NCBI GenBank assembly: GCA_021613535.1
Contig: CP075493.1
Span: forward strand, 3,410,001-3,474,000
Direction of reading: 5' to 3'
Origin: Adineta vaga
Taxonomy: Eukaryota > Animalia > Rotifera
Length of the DNA: 64,000 nucleotides
Shown here in pieces: positions 23,761 through 37,866 of the stretch (the first letter of the stretch is position 1; each line of letters opens with the position of its first letter). Under the pieces are notes generated by a model. The model did not search any database, was not told the origin of the DNA, and saw only the letters and a program-made list of their open reading frames with translations. Made by a program: the position numbers and the translations under genes.

Positions 23761-25673
23761 CTGAAAGATATAAATAAATTTTAAATTTAATTCAGAATTA
23801 TCTATTCAAATCATTTTTTTCAGTATCTTGACAATAGAATACTTGAAAGAACGACATATATACCGTTGATAGTTGAACTTTTGCATATTTATTTTCAATA
23901 TAACACTAAAATAATCATGATATATGTTTCAGATTAGCTCGAGTACAAAAAGAAATTACTTACTTGTCTTGCAGCACCAAGTGCAATAACTTCATCACCA
24001 TTGATAGATGAAAGCATATCAGCATTTGGTAATTTATTTTGAAGAGCATCACGTAATTTAGGTACCTTTGTACCACCACCACATAGAACAATCTAAATTA
24101 ATCATTCAGTATAAGTTTATTAAACAACGAAAAAATGCTACTTACTAATTTGATATCATCAGCTTGTAATTGTGCTTTTTCAAGAATAATATCAATAGGT
24201 TTTAAGCATTCATAAATTAACGGATTTGCTGAACCTTCAAAACGAAGTCTAATCGAATAGAGAGCGAGAGAAAGAAGGAAGATATACATGATTAAATAAG
24301 AATAACGTATATTGTCAAACCTGCTAACATTGCTATCTAAATCAATACCATCGTGAAGTGCGTCTATTGAACATTGAGTAACGGCTGTTGTTGATAGAAC
24401 ATGTTTTGCTTGTTCTGCACAAGCACGAAGTTTTAATAATGATCTTGATGCACCTCTTGGATCGCTTTTCGTTTTTCTAAAGATAGAAAAACAAAATGTA
24501 ACTGTTCGATCGTACAGATATGATTTAAGGCATAGATAAAAAGATGAAACCTAGGTCACCAAAGAATTACTTTTGAAATTCATCTGCAATAATATCTACG
24601 ATTAGATCTGTATAAGTATCACCACTATTTTCAAATCCATCAATAGATGCAACTGTCTTAAAACATCCACCGACTGTTTGAAGGATGGAACATTCATATG
24701 TTGAACCACCAAGTCGATAAACAAGTACATTACTAAATGCAAAACGAGAGTTATGTTTCATTGAATTTTTATCATTTCGGTTTCATACGTTTCCACATGT
24801 CCACCATCTTTATCTAATTCATATGCTAAACAAGCTGAACATGCATCTGAAATAATTGAATGAAGTTCTATTCCACTTTTCTTCATACAAGCTCTACAAT
24901 AATACAATGAAGATCTTGTCAGAATGAAAAAGTTTTTCTCTACCGAATCATATCTTGTTTGTTTGTTTGCGTCATTTTATAAGGCATAGAAAGTACAGCC
25001 TGAACTTCACGTGCACCGGTAACGGATAGAACAAGTTCTAAATAAGAAAATCAATTTGTAATGAAATAGATAGATTTTTTCAACGTATAATTGACTTACG
25101 TCGAACATAATTTAATAAATGAACTAGAACAGTTTCAAGAGGTGTTGATTTTGTCTTGCCATTAATTGTCAAAGAGAATTCAATCCGATCATTCTTTTCA
25201 GTAACCTATAGATTGAAATAATGACTTTTTTTTATAAATTCATCTTTCTTTTTATTAGTATTTACAGTGATTGAAGATTTTTGTTTATAATATTTTGATA
25301 GAGCATTATCAGCATCATATTTTTCAAGGAAATGTGGTGACCATAGAATAGTATTTGTTTGATTACGAACAAAACCTTGTTTTGATGGAAGTCCTGTCGA
25401 CTACAAAGAAAACATTGTATTTAATAATTAGAAACAATTTTGTTTTACATACAATATCATTTCCGTCATTGAATGTAATAAATGTTGGTGTTACACGATC
25501 ACCTAATTCATTGACAATCGTTTCACTTCGACCTTCCTAAATTATTTTCAAAATAAAAGATACATATAGATAGAAATGATTTGTATTACTTTGAAATATG
25601 CTACAACGATATTACTAGCACCTAATCGTATGCCAACAAGTGCAGAATTTACGTCTTTAGATGATGAAGTCAT
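21866..25673 (-). CDS. Fused HSPA14(NBD)-DNAJC2 protein: single-chain ribosome-associated complex (RAC), ~983 aa
   Basis: 14 exons, all GT-AG and phase-compatible: 25590-25673, 25453-25536, 25266-25400, 25100-25205, 24944-25037, 24789-24893, 24571-24732, 24321-24476, 24146-24248, 23964-24092, 23864-23905, 23148-23760, 22731-23088, 21866-22646. Confidence 0.8.
23964..25673 (-). CDS. HSPA14: HSPA14 (Hsp70L1/Ssz1-type) nucleotide-binding-domain module of the fusion
   Basis: [28 protein letters not shown] (R/K in place of D is HSPA14-typical), [43 protein letters not shown]. 386 aa, with no substrate-binding domain following. Confidence 0.85.
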
Positions 25674-28600
25674 TTTTGTATGTAGGATATTTCCAAAAAA
25701 AGGATGAAAAGAAAATGAAACTAAATGGAATGGATAAGAAGAAGAATATTCTTTGGAAGTACTTGATTGCAGCAATCAAATAGAAGTAATAGATGGCGCT
25801 TATTGATAATATTTTGTTTTATGTACTTTTATAAAATATTCATTCGTGGTAAAATCATGCAGTGCTCGTCTAATATAAAATTCAATGTAAACATGATCTT
25901 CGCAGTACCTCTAGAGACACTATAATCATCAAGGATGACATTTTCTAAAAAGATTATTTTGATAGTTTCATTTCGTAACACGCAAATAAGATTTTCTGAA
26001 AGATCTACATTATAAAAAAATAACATCTCTATACTTCTCTAAAGCTTTGATGATTAATTTTTAAATAGGTAATTATTTTGAATACCACTGCATGGGAGCG
26101 TCAACATCGCTGAACTAGTGACCTGCTCTTGACATGAATAGTATGAAAAGGTTGAAGAAACCAGTAAATTAACAGCTGTTTATCTTTCATCATGACCTCT
26201 CCTTCAATTCCAACACATTTCATTTTATAGTTTGCATGCAACGATTTGTCAGGTGCGCATTTATCGCAAGAGAACTACGATCAATTATTTCTTCGTATTT
26301 AATGAAATAAGAATTTGCTATCAAGACATTTTCTTCGCAACTCAAGGATATGTCAGATTTATTCAATTATAAAATGACCTTGTCTAGCTTTATAGATCGG
26401 TACTATTTCAGTGTATGGATATACTTATGTTCATCTAACTCGATAGCTATACAAAATAATAGAATCATTTATATTATCGATGTTTTTCTTTATAAAATTT
26501 CATTTTAGAATACTAAATCAAATTGGAATATGTTTTCTATATTTCAAGGCTAAAATCTAACTCTATGCATCTGAAAGGAAGAAAATAATGTGAACTATTA
26601 TTTCAAGAAAGTATATCGATTATATATTTATCCTTAGGTGTTTCTTTAAGTTATTCATTTTAGAATAATATTTCAATCGTTTTATTTGTCAACGAATAGA
26701 TTTTTGTGAAAAGAAATTCCATAGAAATCTCTTTCTCTTTGTATTTCTTTCTGAGACGGAAAAAATAATACTCGATGACTGAAAAATAAAGAATTAGTTT
26801 TTTGATCATATTCTTATACAAAATAGATATGACTCGAAATCATGAATCTTCTCATAAGTATCACTTTCTGACTTTGAGAATTATCTGCACTTGACACGCA
26901 CATAGACATTCTTTAGTAGATATGAAGACGTTGCATTTGTTTCTACAGAATCAATAATAGGTTTTATATTTTCATCAAATTCTAAGAAATTTAAAAAAAA
27001 TCTTTTACATTTTTAGCTGATTCAAATTAAAACATTTTTTCTAACGAATGAGGTTGACACTTGACTATTGCTACCCTCTGATACATATCATCCAATTACT
27101 TTAGCGTTTCGATAGCGGATGTTCTAAAGTAAATAACCATCTGCTCGTATATAGCTTATTGTTTATCACTATACACATACTGGGATAATATCTTTTAGTT
27201 ATATTAATTAGTTTGACATGTATTAAATTAAAAATACATAATTAGAAGACTTTCGATTATGATTCTTCATATTCCATCTATAATTAAAATAGTATTTATA
27301 CATTAATTGTTTAAATATGAGATTTAATCGTTTCTTTGACGTCATTGCTGTTTGATATCTTGATGAAGACGGGATCATATAGAGATTTAGATCAAAGAAC
27401 AAACTGTGTCGTTTCTTATAATCAGTATCATTAGAATGAAAAATATATAGCTTTGTCTCACGTCTATTTACATAGGTAATACGATATGTTCTTCTGATAA
27501 GACATCAATTATTGATTTAGCTTTTTTCTTTTTCTGTTAGTGTCATTTGTTCAGATTATTATCATTATTTTCTGTAATTTAGACGATATTTTAAAAGATG
27601 GTAGTTATGTGACAGACTTCATATGTCTTTGAATCAGCGACCCCTTTCGATGAAAACATCGAAAGATGAAATAGAATTTGAATTGAAATTATAAAATGAT
27701 TCGATTTCTTGGAAATAATTATGTATGTAGTTGCATATGGCTTTTTTCCCTCAAAGATTACGAAGAGTAACAGGTGTTGTATGAATCATTTTGTTCACAA
27801 GAATAAAAAAGGAAGAATAGGAAAAAAAAAGTATATTCTTTACTATAAGGTTAATCAATGATCGATCGATCGAGGAAAAAAGAGCGGCGTGAATAAAAAG
27901 AAATCGAAGAAACCATCAATATAATCTATACATGCAATGTTTTTGTACGTAACGGTCAATTCTTCGTTTGTTTAGTATTTACTATTAGTCGTAAAGTCAA
28001 GCGTGTATGTATATATAAATAATAGTAATGTTGATCGAGAGGCTTGTTTTTTTTTTGTTTTTTTTCTCCTTAAATTCGTTCGAAGAAAATATTTCTTTTT
28101 ATTAAATTATTAACTTTTATTTCTCCTGTGTAATCATACATTCATTGATAAGCATAGACAACTCAATGAATTTGAAGTATATATAGATCTATCGAGATTT
28201 GAACGGGTGTTTATTATCATCGTATCTTAAGGCGATTATCTCACTTACTTACACATACTATTCAGGTCTCAAAAATACACTTATATAAACATATAAAGAA
28301 CGAGAGGAAGAGAAAGGCGAACAAATAGATAGAAGAATAGAAGAAAAGCAAAAGAAAGAAAAGTGCTGACAAACACTGTCTCATGCAATATATAGATATA
28401 AAAACGTCTTTAAGAAGAATATAATTAACATTTACGTTTCAGTAAGTATATGATACATTTATTCGGAGTTTTCTCTCAATTTGTTACTATATAAACAGAA
28501 AGAAAATTCTCGATGAAGCAATGCGAACAATTAGTTACAGCTGTGACATCGAACAAATACGTTTTATATTTGATATGTCGATGTTGACATCAGCGATTGA

Positions 28601-30196
28601 TGAGAATCATTATGTTTCGATATGTTATTATAGTAGCTAGAGTAAATACAATTCTATAAAATGATAATAATTATCATGACTTGACTGCCGATAAGCTACG
28701 AAGTCTACAAACAGTGTTTCTTATTTTATATTTAGGATTTAGTCTCGAATATAGAAAGAAAAGAAATCATAATAGGTAAAGCCGGATGTCATTGACAGAA
28801 GATGCCGGCGGAAGAAAAGGAAAAGAGTTAGATTTTGTAAGAAGATTCTCTTAGAAATCAATCTTTTGAATAATAGTAATAGGCACTTGTAATATAAGAT
28901 TGAACTTGAGCTATAGCTCGTTTTTCCTTTTCTTTCTATATTGTTGAATGATAATTTTTATGTGGCGCATCACTTGACCGAATGATTGAGCACGATGAGC
29001 GTAAGATTTTCGGTTAAACTATCGAAATCGAAGAAAGAAAGCGAGAGAGAAAGAAAATGTCTCTAATCGACATCTTGATTGCTTTATTTGATCAACTTTC
29101 AGACGAGTTTGTATGAGAAAATGTATTATTCTGTGTCCTCGAAGTCGAATCACTTTTCCGAGACTAATCTTATTTAATGAAATAACAAACTGAACTCATA
29201 ACTAGAGAATGAGATTTTGATCAGGTGTCGATATTTTTCTTGTTTTTCTTTTTCGCCGTCTTCTCCTTCTTTTAAATATTTGAGAATCATGTCAATCTTA
29301 TTATTGATGATGTGTTTGTCTAATAGTGAGCTGATGTTTTAGTAGAAAAAAAGTCGGAAATAGAAGAAATATGCATCGATAGATCAAATACGAAAGAAAA
29401 ATGTTTTTAATATAAAAAACGCGTAAAAAGATGACATATATATATATATATATGCATGTGAAAAGAAGATGCATGAAGTATTCATTCTGACGACTTTGAT
29501 TAAGATTTAGAAGCGTCAGTACCCAAGTGTGAGTTTTCGCGTGGTACTACTTCCTTCGATGTATGCATTGATTGCTTTAGGCAAAACACAATTTCTGCGT
29601 CATGTTGTTGAACGATTCACCAGAGATTTGTGTCAAACTAAAGAAACAAAATTAGATGCTCATCTGCATCGATGCTCAACTCATTTTCTTTTTAAAGCAA
29701 GCATATGATGAAACAATAATAAAAAAAGAAGAAGAAGTTGAGTGAATAAATAATGATCTAACTCGTGTTTTTAGTCATCGACATTTTTCTTTTCTTTCCA
29801 CCATCTTGTCTTGTGCGCAAGTTGAAGAATAACCTTATTTTGCTCTCGTGTGTTTCTTTCTTTTTTTTTTGTTATATCCTCGAATGTTCATCAGCTATTC
29901 AAATGTTATTAAGAACTAACGCAATCGCAATGACGTTTAAAACGGCAACCAATTGGTTTAGAACATGAGAAAAATGGGGGAAAAAAAGGAAAGAACGATC
30001 AGATTAGAGAAAAGCAACAACAACGATACTCTACAGTGTCATCATTATTCTTTTACATACTACAACTAGATTTTCTTCTTTTCTTTTTCTCGTTTCTTTC
30101 CTTTTCTGTGTAAAATTGTTCTATTCAGGTAGATCAAACAATCAAGAAGAAAGATCAAGAGAATTTATTACATAGTTTTTCGTATTCTTGTAGGTA

Positions 30197-33100
30197 ATGA
30201 CAACATCAATAGACAATAGAGACCAAGAACAACAACCACCACTGTCAAACTCATCGGATCGATCAAGTTATCATGTTACATTTAATGATGATCAACGACA
30301 ACAACGAAATAATAGTATCAATCTAGATGAACCATTACCATCATCAAGACATGGTTTGTAGATTAGAATGCATATTAATGACTATTTTGCGTGTGATTGT
30401 CTCATAAAACAAAAGAATTCAATTCAATGATGAAAGATAATGATAATTTTTGTTTTTAGGTTCGTTATCTTCGGTCGAGAAGAGTGGTCGTTTCATTGTA
30501 ATTAAACCAGCTGATGTACCAGATATCAATGAGAATGGTAAATCTGCTGGAAAAGCAATTGAAATTATTTGAAAATGAATAATTTTAGATGCAATGGAAA
30601 GTCCACATGAGCATAATGAAAATGAACGAACACCATTACAAACTAAATCTAATGTTTCATTGAAATTTAATGAAAGTATTTTTGAAGTAGGAAGATAAAT
30701 AAGTTTTGCTTATAATAATTGTTATTATTTATTTATTTATTCATTTAGGAAGACGATCATCGACCACGAACAGTACTTGATCAATTGTATAATTATACAG
30801 GTGGAATTGTTCCAAATGCAGCTGAAGCAGAAAAACAATCAACTGCACAACAGGTTTAATAGAATCTTATTTGAATAGAAGAAAAAGAGTTTGTCAATGA
30901 ACTATTGTATATGATATAGAATTCAGCTAATCTTGGTACAATCCTTGGTGTTTATCTTCCATGTGTGCAAAATATATTCGGTATATGATTTTCATTTGTT
31001 TGTTTGTTTGCATGATGAAATTAACTAATGCGCTTTATTTTAAGGTGTTATTGTCTTTATTCGTCTTTTTTGGTTAATTGGCATAGCTGGTATCTTGCAA
31101 ACACTTTTAATTGTTTTTATTTGTAGTACATGTGTATGAAAAGAAAATGAATGTTTTTCGGTTTGTTTTGAATTAGTTTTTAATTTAGACACTTCTAACT
31201 GCTATTTCTATGGCAGCTATTGCAACAAATGGAATAGTACCGGCAGGTGGAGCTTATTTTATGATCTCACGTTCACTTGGACCAGAATTTGGTGGAGCAG
31301 TTGGTATATTATTTTATCTGGGCAATACATTTGCTGCTTCAATGTATATTGTCGGAGCAGTTGAAATCGTAGTTGTATGTATTATTTTTTTCAAATGAAT
31401 TTCTTCTTCAAAAATCTGACACATAAATTTCATTTCAAAGAAATATATGTGTCCCGAAAAATGTCGTCTATTTGGTGATGATGTTGAAATTCCATTTGTT
31501 GCATTCAATCATTATCGTATATATGGCACGATATTACTTCTTATTATTGGAGCTTGTGTTCTAATTGGCATTAAATTTGTGACAAAGATTGCACCCATAT
31601 CATTATGTGCAGTTCTTCTTTCTATTCTTGCAATTTATATTGGTGTGATCAAAAGCTCATTTAGTCCACCAGATTTAGTGTAAGTTTTCTTATTCATTAT
31701 CGAAACAAATCGCTTACATTAGAACTAATTGAATTATTTTGATGAAGAAAGCTTTCCAACAATGAAATATGTCAGTTTCGTTAATAATATAAAGTTGACA
31801 TGTCCTGATTTCTTCTTCTTCTTCTTCTTCTTCTTTCCTTCTTTTCTAAAGATTTATAACTCGTACGAGTGAATGTAATACCTCGTCGTTTCTTCTCCTC
31901 ATACGCATGAATAGAAATTCTAAGAAGGAAAAGACTATTATTTTGCGTAGCTTAAAAATATGAATGATGAACGTTTTTAACGATCGATATATAATATGAG
32001 AAGATTAGAAGACGTAAAGAAATAGAATTAAAATATTTGTAGAAATAAGTTCATTTATTCGATCGTTTGTCTATACTTATGATAGACTGTTGCAAAATGA
32101 AATAGAAAAAGAAAGCATGAACATCGATGCTCACAATGATATTAATTGAAGGAAATCATCAAGGTCGAAAAGATTTAACAAATGCATTTTGTTCTTCTAA
32201 AATTGTAAAAGGAAGAAGCGATGGATTATTCTGTTGAATGAATATTTTGATCGGATGTCGTTGATGATTTCCTTTCTAATCTAAAAAAAGCTTTTTAACC
32301 GATTAAATATTTGAACATTGTCTTATCCTTTGTTTAGCATTTGTCTTGTGGGATCGAATCCATCACATTTAATTAAATCAAATATTCTACATAATGATGT
32401 AGAACTTTATTGTCATCCAAATAAATGGTGTACAAGAAATAATGAGACATTTGTATGTCCACTCTATTCAGCAATGTGTAACAAATCAACAAACACATTT
32501 TGTTCTCCGAATGGCATTATAGAACATGTTCGAACGGTACCTGCAGTACCAGGTCTTAAAGATTGGCAATTATCAGGTTAGTTGAAAAGTAAAATTAAGT
32601 AACATTGATTTTATTATTGATTTTTCTAGAAAATCTTTTTTCACATTATCGTCGTGAAGGTGAAATTGAACGAGAGATTAAAGGTGATTCATCCTATGAA
32701 GTTGTTGCACAAGAAATAACGACATTTTTAATACTTGTTGGCATCTATTTTCCATCTGTAACTGGTAAAGAAAAAGTATTATTGCAAAATAGTATCGTTC
32801 ATTTGATGTTTTTTGTTTCCGTTGGAAAGGTATTATGGCTGGTTCGAATCGTAGTGGAGATTTACGTGATCCAAGTCGGAGTATTCCACGTGGTACTATT
32901 GCTGCAATAATAACAACATCAATTATTTGTATGAAAATTATGATGAAATGTTCTACGAAATCAAATTGATTATTTCTAGATTTATCCAATGTCATATTTT
33001 TGGCGGCATGTACACAAAGTGAATTACTACGAGACAAATTTGGAGATAGTATTAATAAACAATTAGTAGTCGCTGTATTAGCTTGGCCAAATAAGTGGGT

Positions 33101-35662
33101 TATTATGATCGGTGCATTTTGTTCAACTGTTGGAGCTGGTTTACAAACATTAACAGGTAAATAGATATGACAAAGTTGATATCATTTAGTGAAGATTTGT
33201 ATGAATTTTTCTTTCAGGTGCACCACGTTTATTACAAGCAGTAGCTAAAGATGATTTAATACCAATTCTTAGACCATTCGCAAAATCCTATCGTGGCGAA
33301 CCAGTTCCTGCTCTTTTTTTAACATTATTAATTTGTGAATGTGGTATTCTTATCGCTGATGTAGATAAATTAACAGCACTTTTATCAATGTATACATATA
33401 TACACGATTGATCGAAGAATAGAAATAGATTAATATCTGTTTTTTTTTGTATTTAGGTTCTTTTTATTATGCTATGGCTTTGTCAATTTAGCATGCGCCT
33501 TACAAACTGTTCTGAAAGCACCAAGTTGGCGACCACGTTTTCGTTTTTATCATTGGTAAAGAAAACAAATTCATTTTCGATTTTGAATACAAAAAGATTA
33601 AATGGATTTGTTTTAGGAGTTTATCATTCGCCGGTGTTTGTCTTTGTATTTCGATAATGTTTATTGCTTCATGGTATTTCGCTCTTGTTGCAATGTTAAT
33701 TGCCATTGTTATATATAAATTTATCGAATATAAAGGGTATGAATACAATGATTCATCGTCTGTTTTTGTTTAACATCGAAATTTTCTTTTTGTTACATTT
33801 TTTCTAGAGCAGAAAAAGAATGGGGAGATGGAATCCGTGGTTTATCAATGTCGGCAGCTCGTTACGCATTATTTCGTGTTGATGAATCTCAACCACATAC
33901 AAAAAATTGGCGACCACAATTATTAGCATTTGTTAATGCTCATAGAAATGATGACGAGGAAACCTATGTCATTCGTCATCCAAAAGTATTCAATTTTCTT
34001 TATCAACTTAAAGCTGGTAAAGATTAACTATAAATATATGTTGAACGAGAGTATCATGATTTCATTTTTAGGACGAGGTTTTGTTGTTGCCGCAAGTATT
34101 TTGGAAGGAGATTATTTGGATAAACAACAATACATTGAACCAGTTCGAGCAGTAAGTAGTTCGTTCTCATTGACGATGAAAGATGTCTTATGAAAAATTC
34201 ATATCTATTTTTAGTTATTGAAAGCGGGTTTAGCTCAAGCAAAAGTTCAAGGTTTTGCAGAAGTACTTGCTGCTAAGGATGCTGAAGATGGTATTAGTGC
34301 ACTGTATGTTAATCAAAACCATTCAATTTTTCTCTAGTATGGTATCAATTTTGTTTTTCCTTCTAGAATACAAACTGAAGGTCTAGGTGGTTTGAGACCT
34401 AACACAATTGTTCTATGTTGGCCAATACATTGGAAAAAAGATTTTGATAATTATACAGCAGATGCCTTCATTCGTAAATATAGTTTAATTGCTCTTGATT
34501 ATCTATAAAAATAAATTTTCATTCAGGAACAATTGCTATTGCCGAAGCACGTCGATGTGCTGTTATTGTTCCAAAAAATATTGATAATTTTCCTGATCAT
34601 AAACAAATTCAAGAGGGTAGTATTGATATCTGGTGGATTATTCATGATGGTGGTCTTCTATTTCTTATCGCATTTCTATTGAAACGTAATAAAGTTTGGT
34701 CACGTTGTCGAATTCGTTTATTTACTGTTGCACAACTTGAAGATAATTCTGTTGAAATGAAAAAAGATCTTGAACAATATATGTATCAATTACGTATCGA
34801 AGCAGAAGTTAATGTTGTAGAAATGGTTTGATTTTCTTCCATTTTTCATATGTCGAAAGATTATGTGATTTGTTTTTCTTATAGGAAGATCAAGAAATTT
34901 CTGCATATGCTTATGAACGAACATTGAAACTTGCTGAACGTGTTAAACTTTTAAAAGATTTGAAATTACCTGATAAAGAATTACAACTACAAGTAAGTCA
35001 TTCATCGTTCACTAACTTTTTCTTCTTTATAAGATTATTTTCAAAATAATAAACATTATAATCTATAGGCAAAAGGTTTTGAACGTCGTGCAAGCAAGGT
35101 GATTATATTTGTATTGTAGTGTAATCGAAAAAATCTTTTTCATTATGTCTATCTTACACATGCATGTCGATACTAAATTTATAGATTGTTTATTTATCTT
35201 TTTCTATTGAATATAGATTGATTGATTTAAGTTTTTTTTTAGCCACAAATTTTTATGGACTCAATTATACATAGTCAACAACGACCAGGCGGTGGTTTAG
35301 AAGAATCAAATGATCAATATCATTATACATTTACACCAAATCAATTAGAAAATTTGAAAACTTCTATGTAAGATAAACGTAGTATGATACAATAGATCTA
35401 TCTCTAATCATTTTCTTTTGTTCTATATAGAACTGAATCATCCATGCGAAAAATGCATTCAGCCGTTCGACTCAATCAACAGATTCGCGAACGTTCTCAT
35501 GATGCCAAACTTGTTCTTATTAATCTTCCATCACCACCAGTTAAACATACAAGTTTAACTGCTTATTCATATATGGAATATGTTGACGCATTAACTGAAG
35601 GTTTAGATAGATTATTATTAATGCGTGGCAGTGGACGTGAAGTGATAACAATATTTTCTTAA
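30197..35662 (+). CDS. K-Cl cotransporter (KCC; SLC12A4-7 subfamily), many exons
   Basis: [92 protein letters not shown]. Confidence 0.93.
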
Positions 35663-36557
35663 TATAGTTTGTTTTCTCTCAATCATTTTTATCGGTGTAA
35701 TGGATCTACTATATGATCTTAGAACTTCTTTCTCGATGCTTCTTATATGATTCGGTAGTCTTTGGTAAATCTTATTTAACGTATGTATAAGTGTATTGAA
35801 TTCATTTTCTCGTACTGTCTTTCTTTTGGCAATCATTCTTTTCTTTTTATGTTAGTCTTTAAATCAATGTAGAATTACAATATTTTGTGTTTTTTTTCTT
35901 CTTTTTCGATATTCGAACCCTTTCACTTAGATATTTTCATTTTCCGTTACAGCAATCATATTAAAAGCCATGCTTTTCTTTTTTTTTTCTATTCGTTTAC
36001 AAATGCAAAATAAATATGTTGATGTATTTCACTAGAAAATCGGTTCTATCTCCTGGATTATCAAGGAATAGTCATATTATCACGCAAAATATAAATAGCA
36101 TCATTAACATTTGTGACAAAATAATCATAGATGTTGTACTATAATTAGACGTGATTATTCACAATCTTTTATTTTATTTTTGGTCCGTAAAGATTCGGAA
36201 TAATGAATCTGTCTAAAGTTTTTGGTAACTCAAATAATTTTATCTTGAACAAATATTAGAGTTCATCTGTTATCGAGTAGAAAAATATCTAAAAATAACT
36301 TTTCCTATGAAATAACAACAGGAAAATGTGTTATTCTCCGAAGTACTTCTATCAAAATAAATGTTGAGTTCTTTCTCAATAACCTGACGTGAGAACCAAA
36401 AAAAAAAGGATGGAAATCATGTCTAATTCTCCCAAGTACTATACTTTTCTTATTTGAAAGAAAGCAAAAAAGAAGACAAATAACTTGTGAAACTTTTCTT
36501 TTCTACTCCTTGTATATTGAAAATAAAATAACAGGAAAACGCTTTTCTTTTTTTTTA

Positions 36558-37866
<1,309 letters not shown>

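Noticed and set aside
23760-23964. HSPA14 and DNAJC2 as two separate adjacent genes
   Set aside because: HSPA14 would lack an SBD and a 3'UTR, and DNAJC2 would lack a start codon. The ATG at ~23886 splices out of frame, and read-through from the intronic ATGs hits stops. The 42-nt exon joins both in frame.
25800-30100. Long gene-free interval as a possible transposon or RNA gene
   Set aside because: No transposase or RT motifs, terminal repeats, or tRNA/rRNA-like structure seen. It is most likely regulatory and 5'UTR-intron sequence of the KCC gene.
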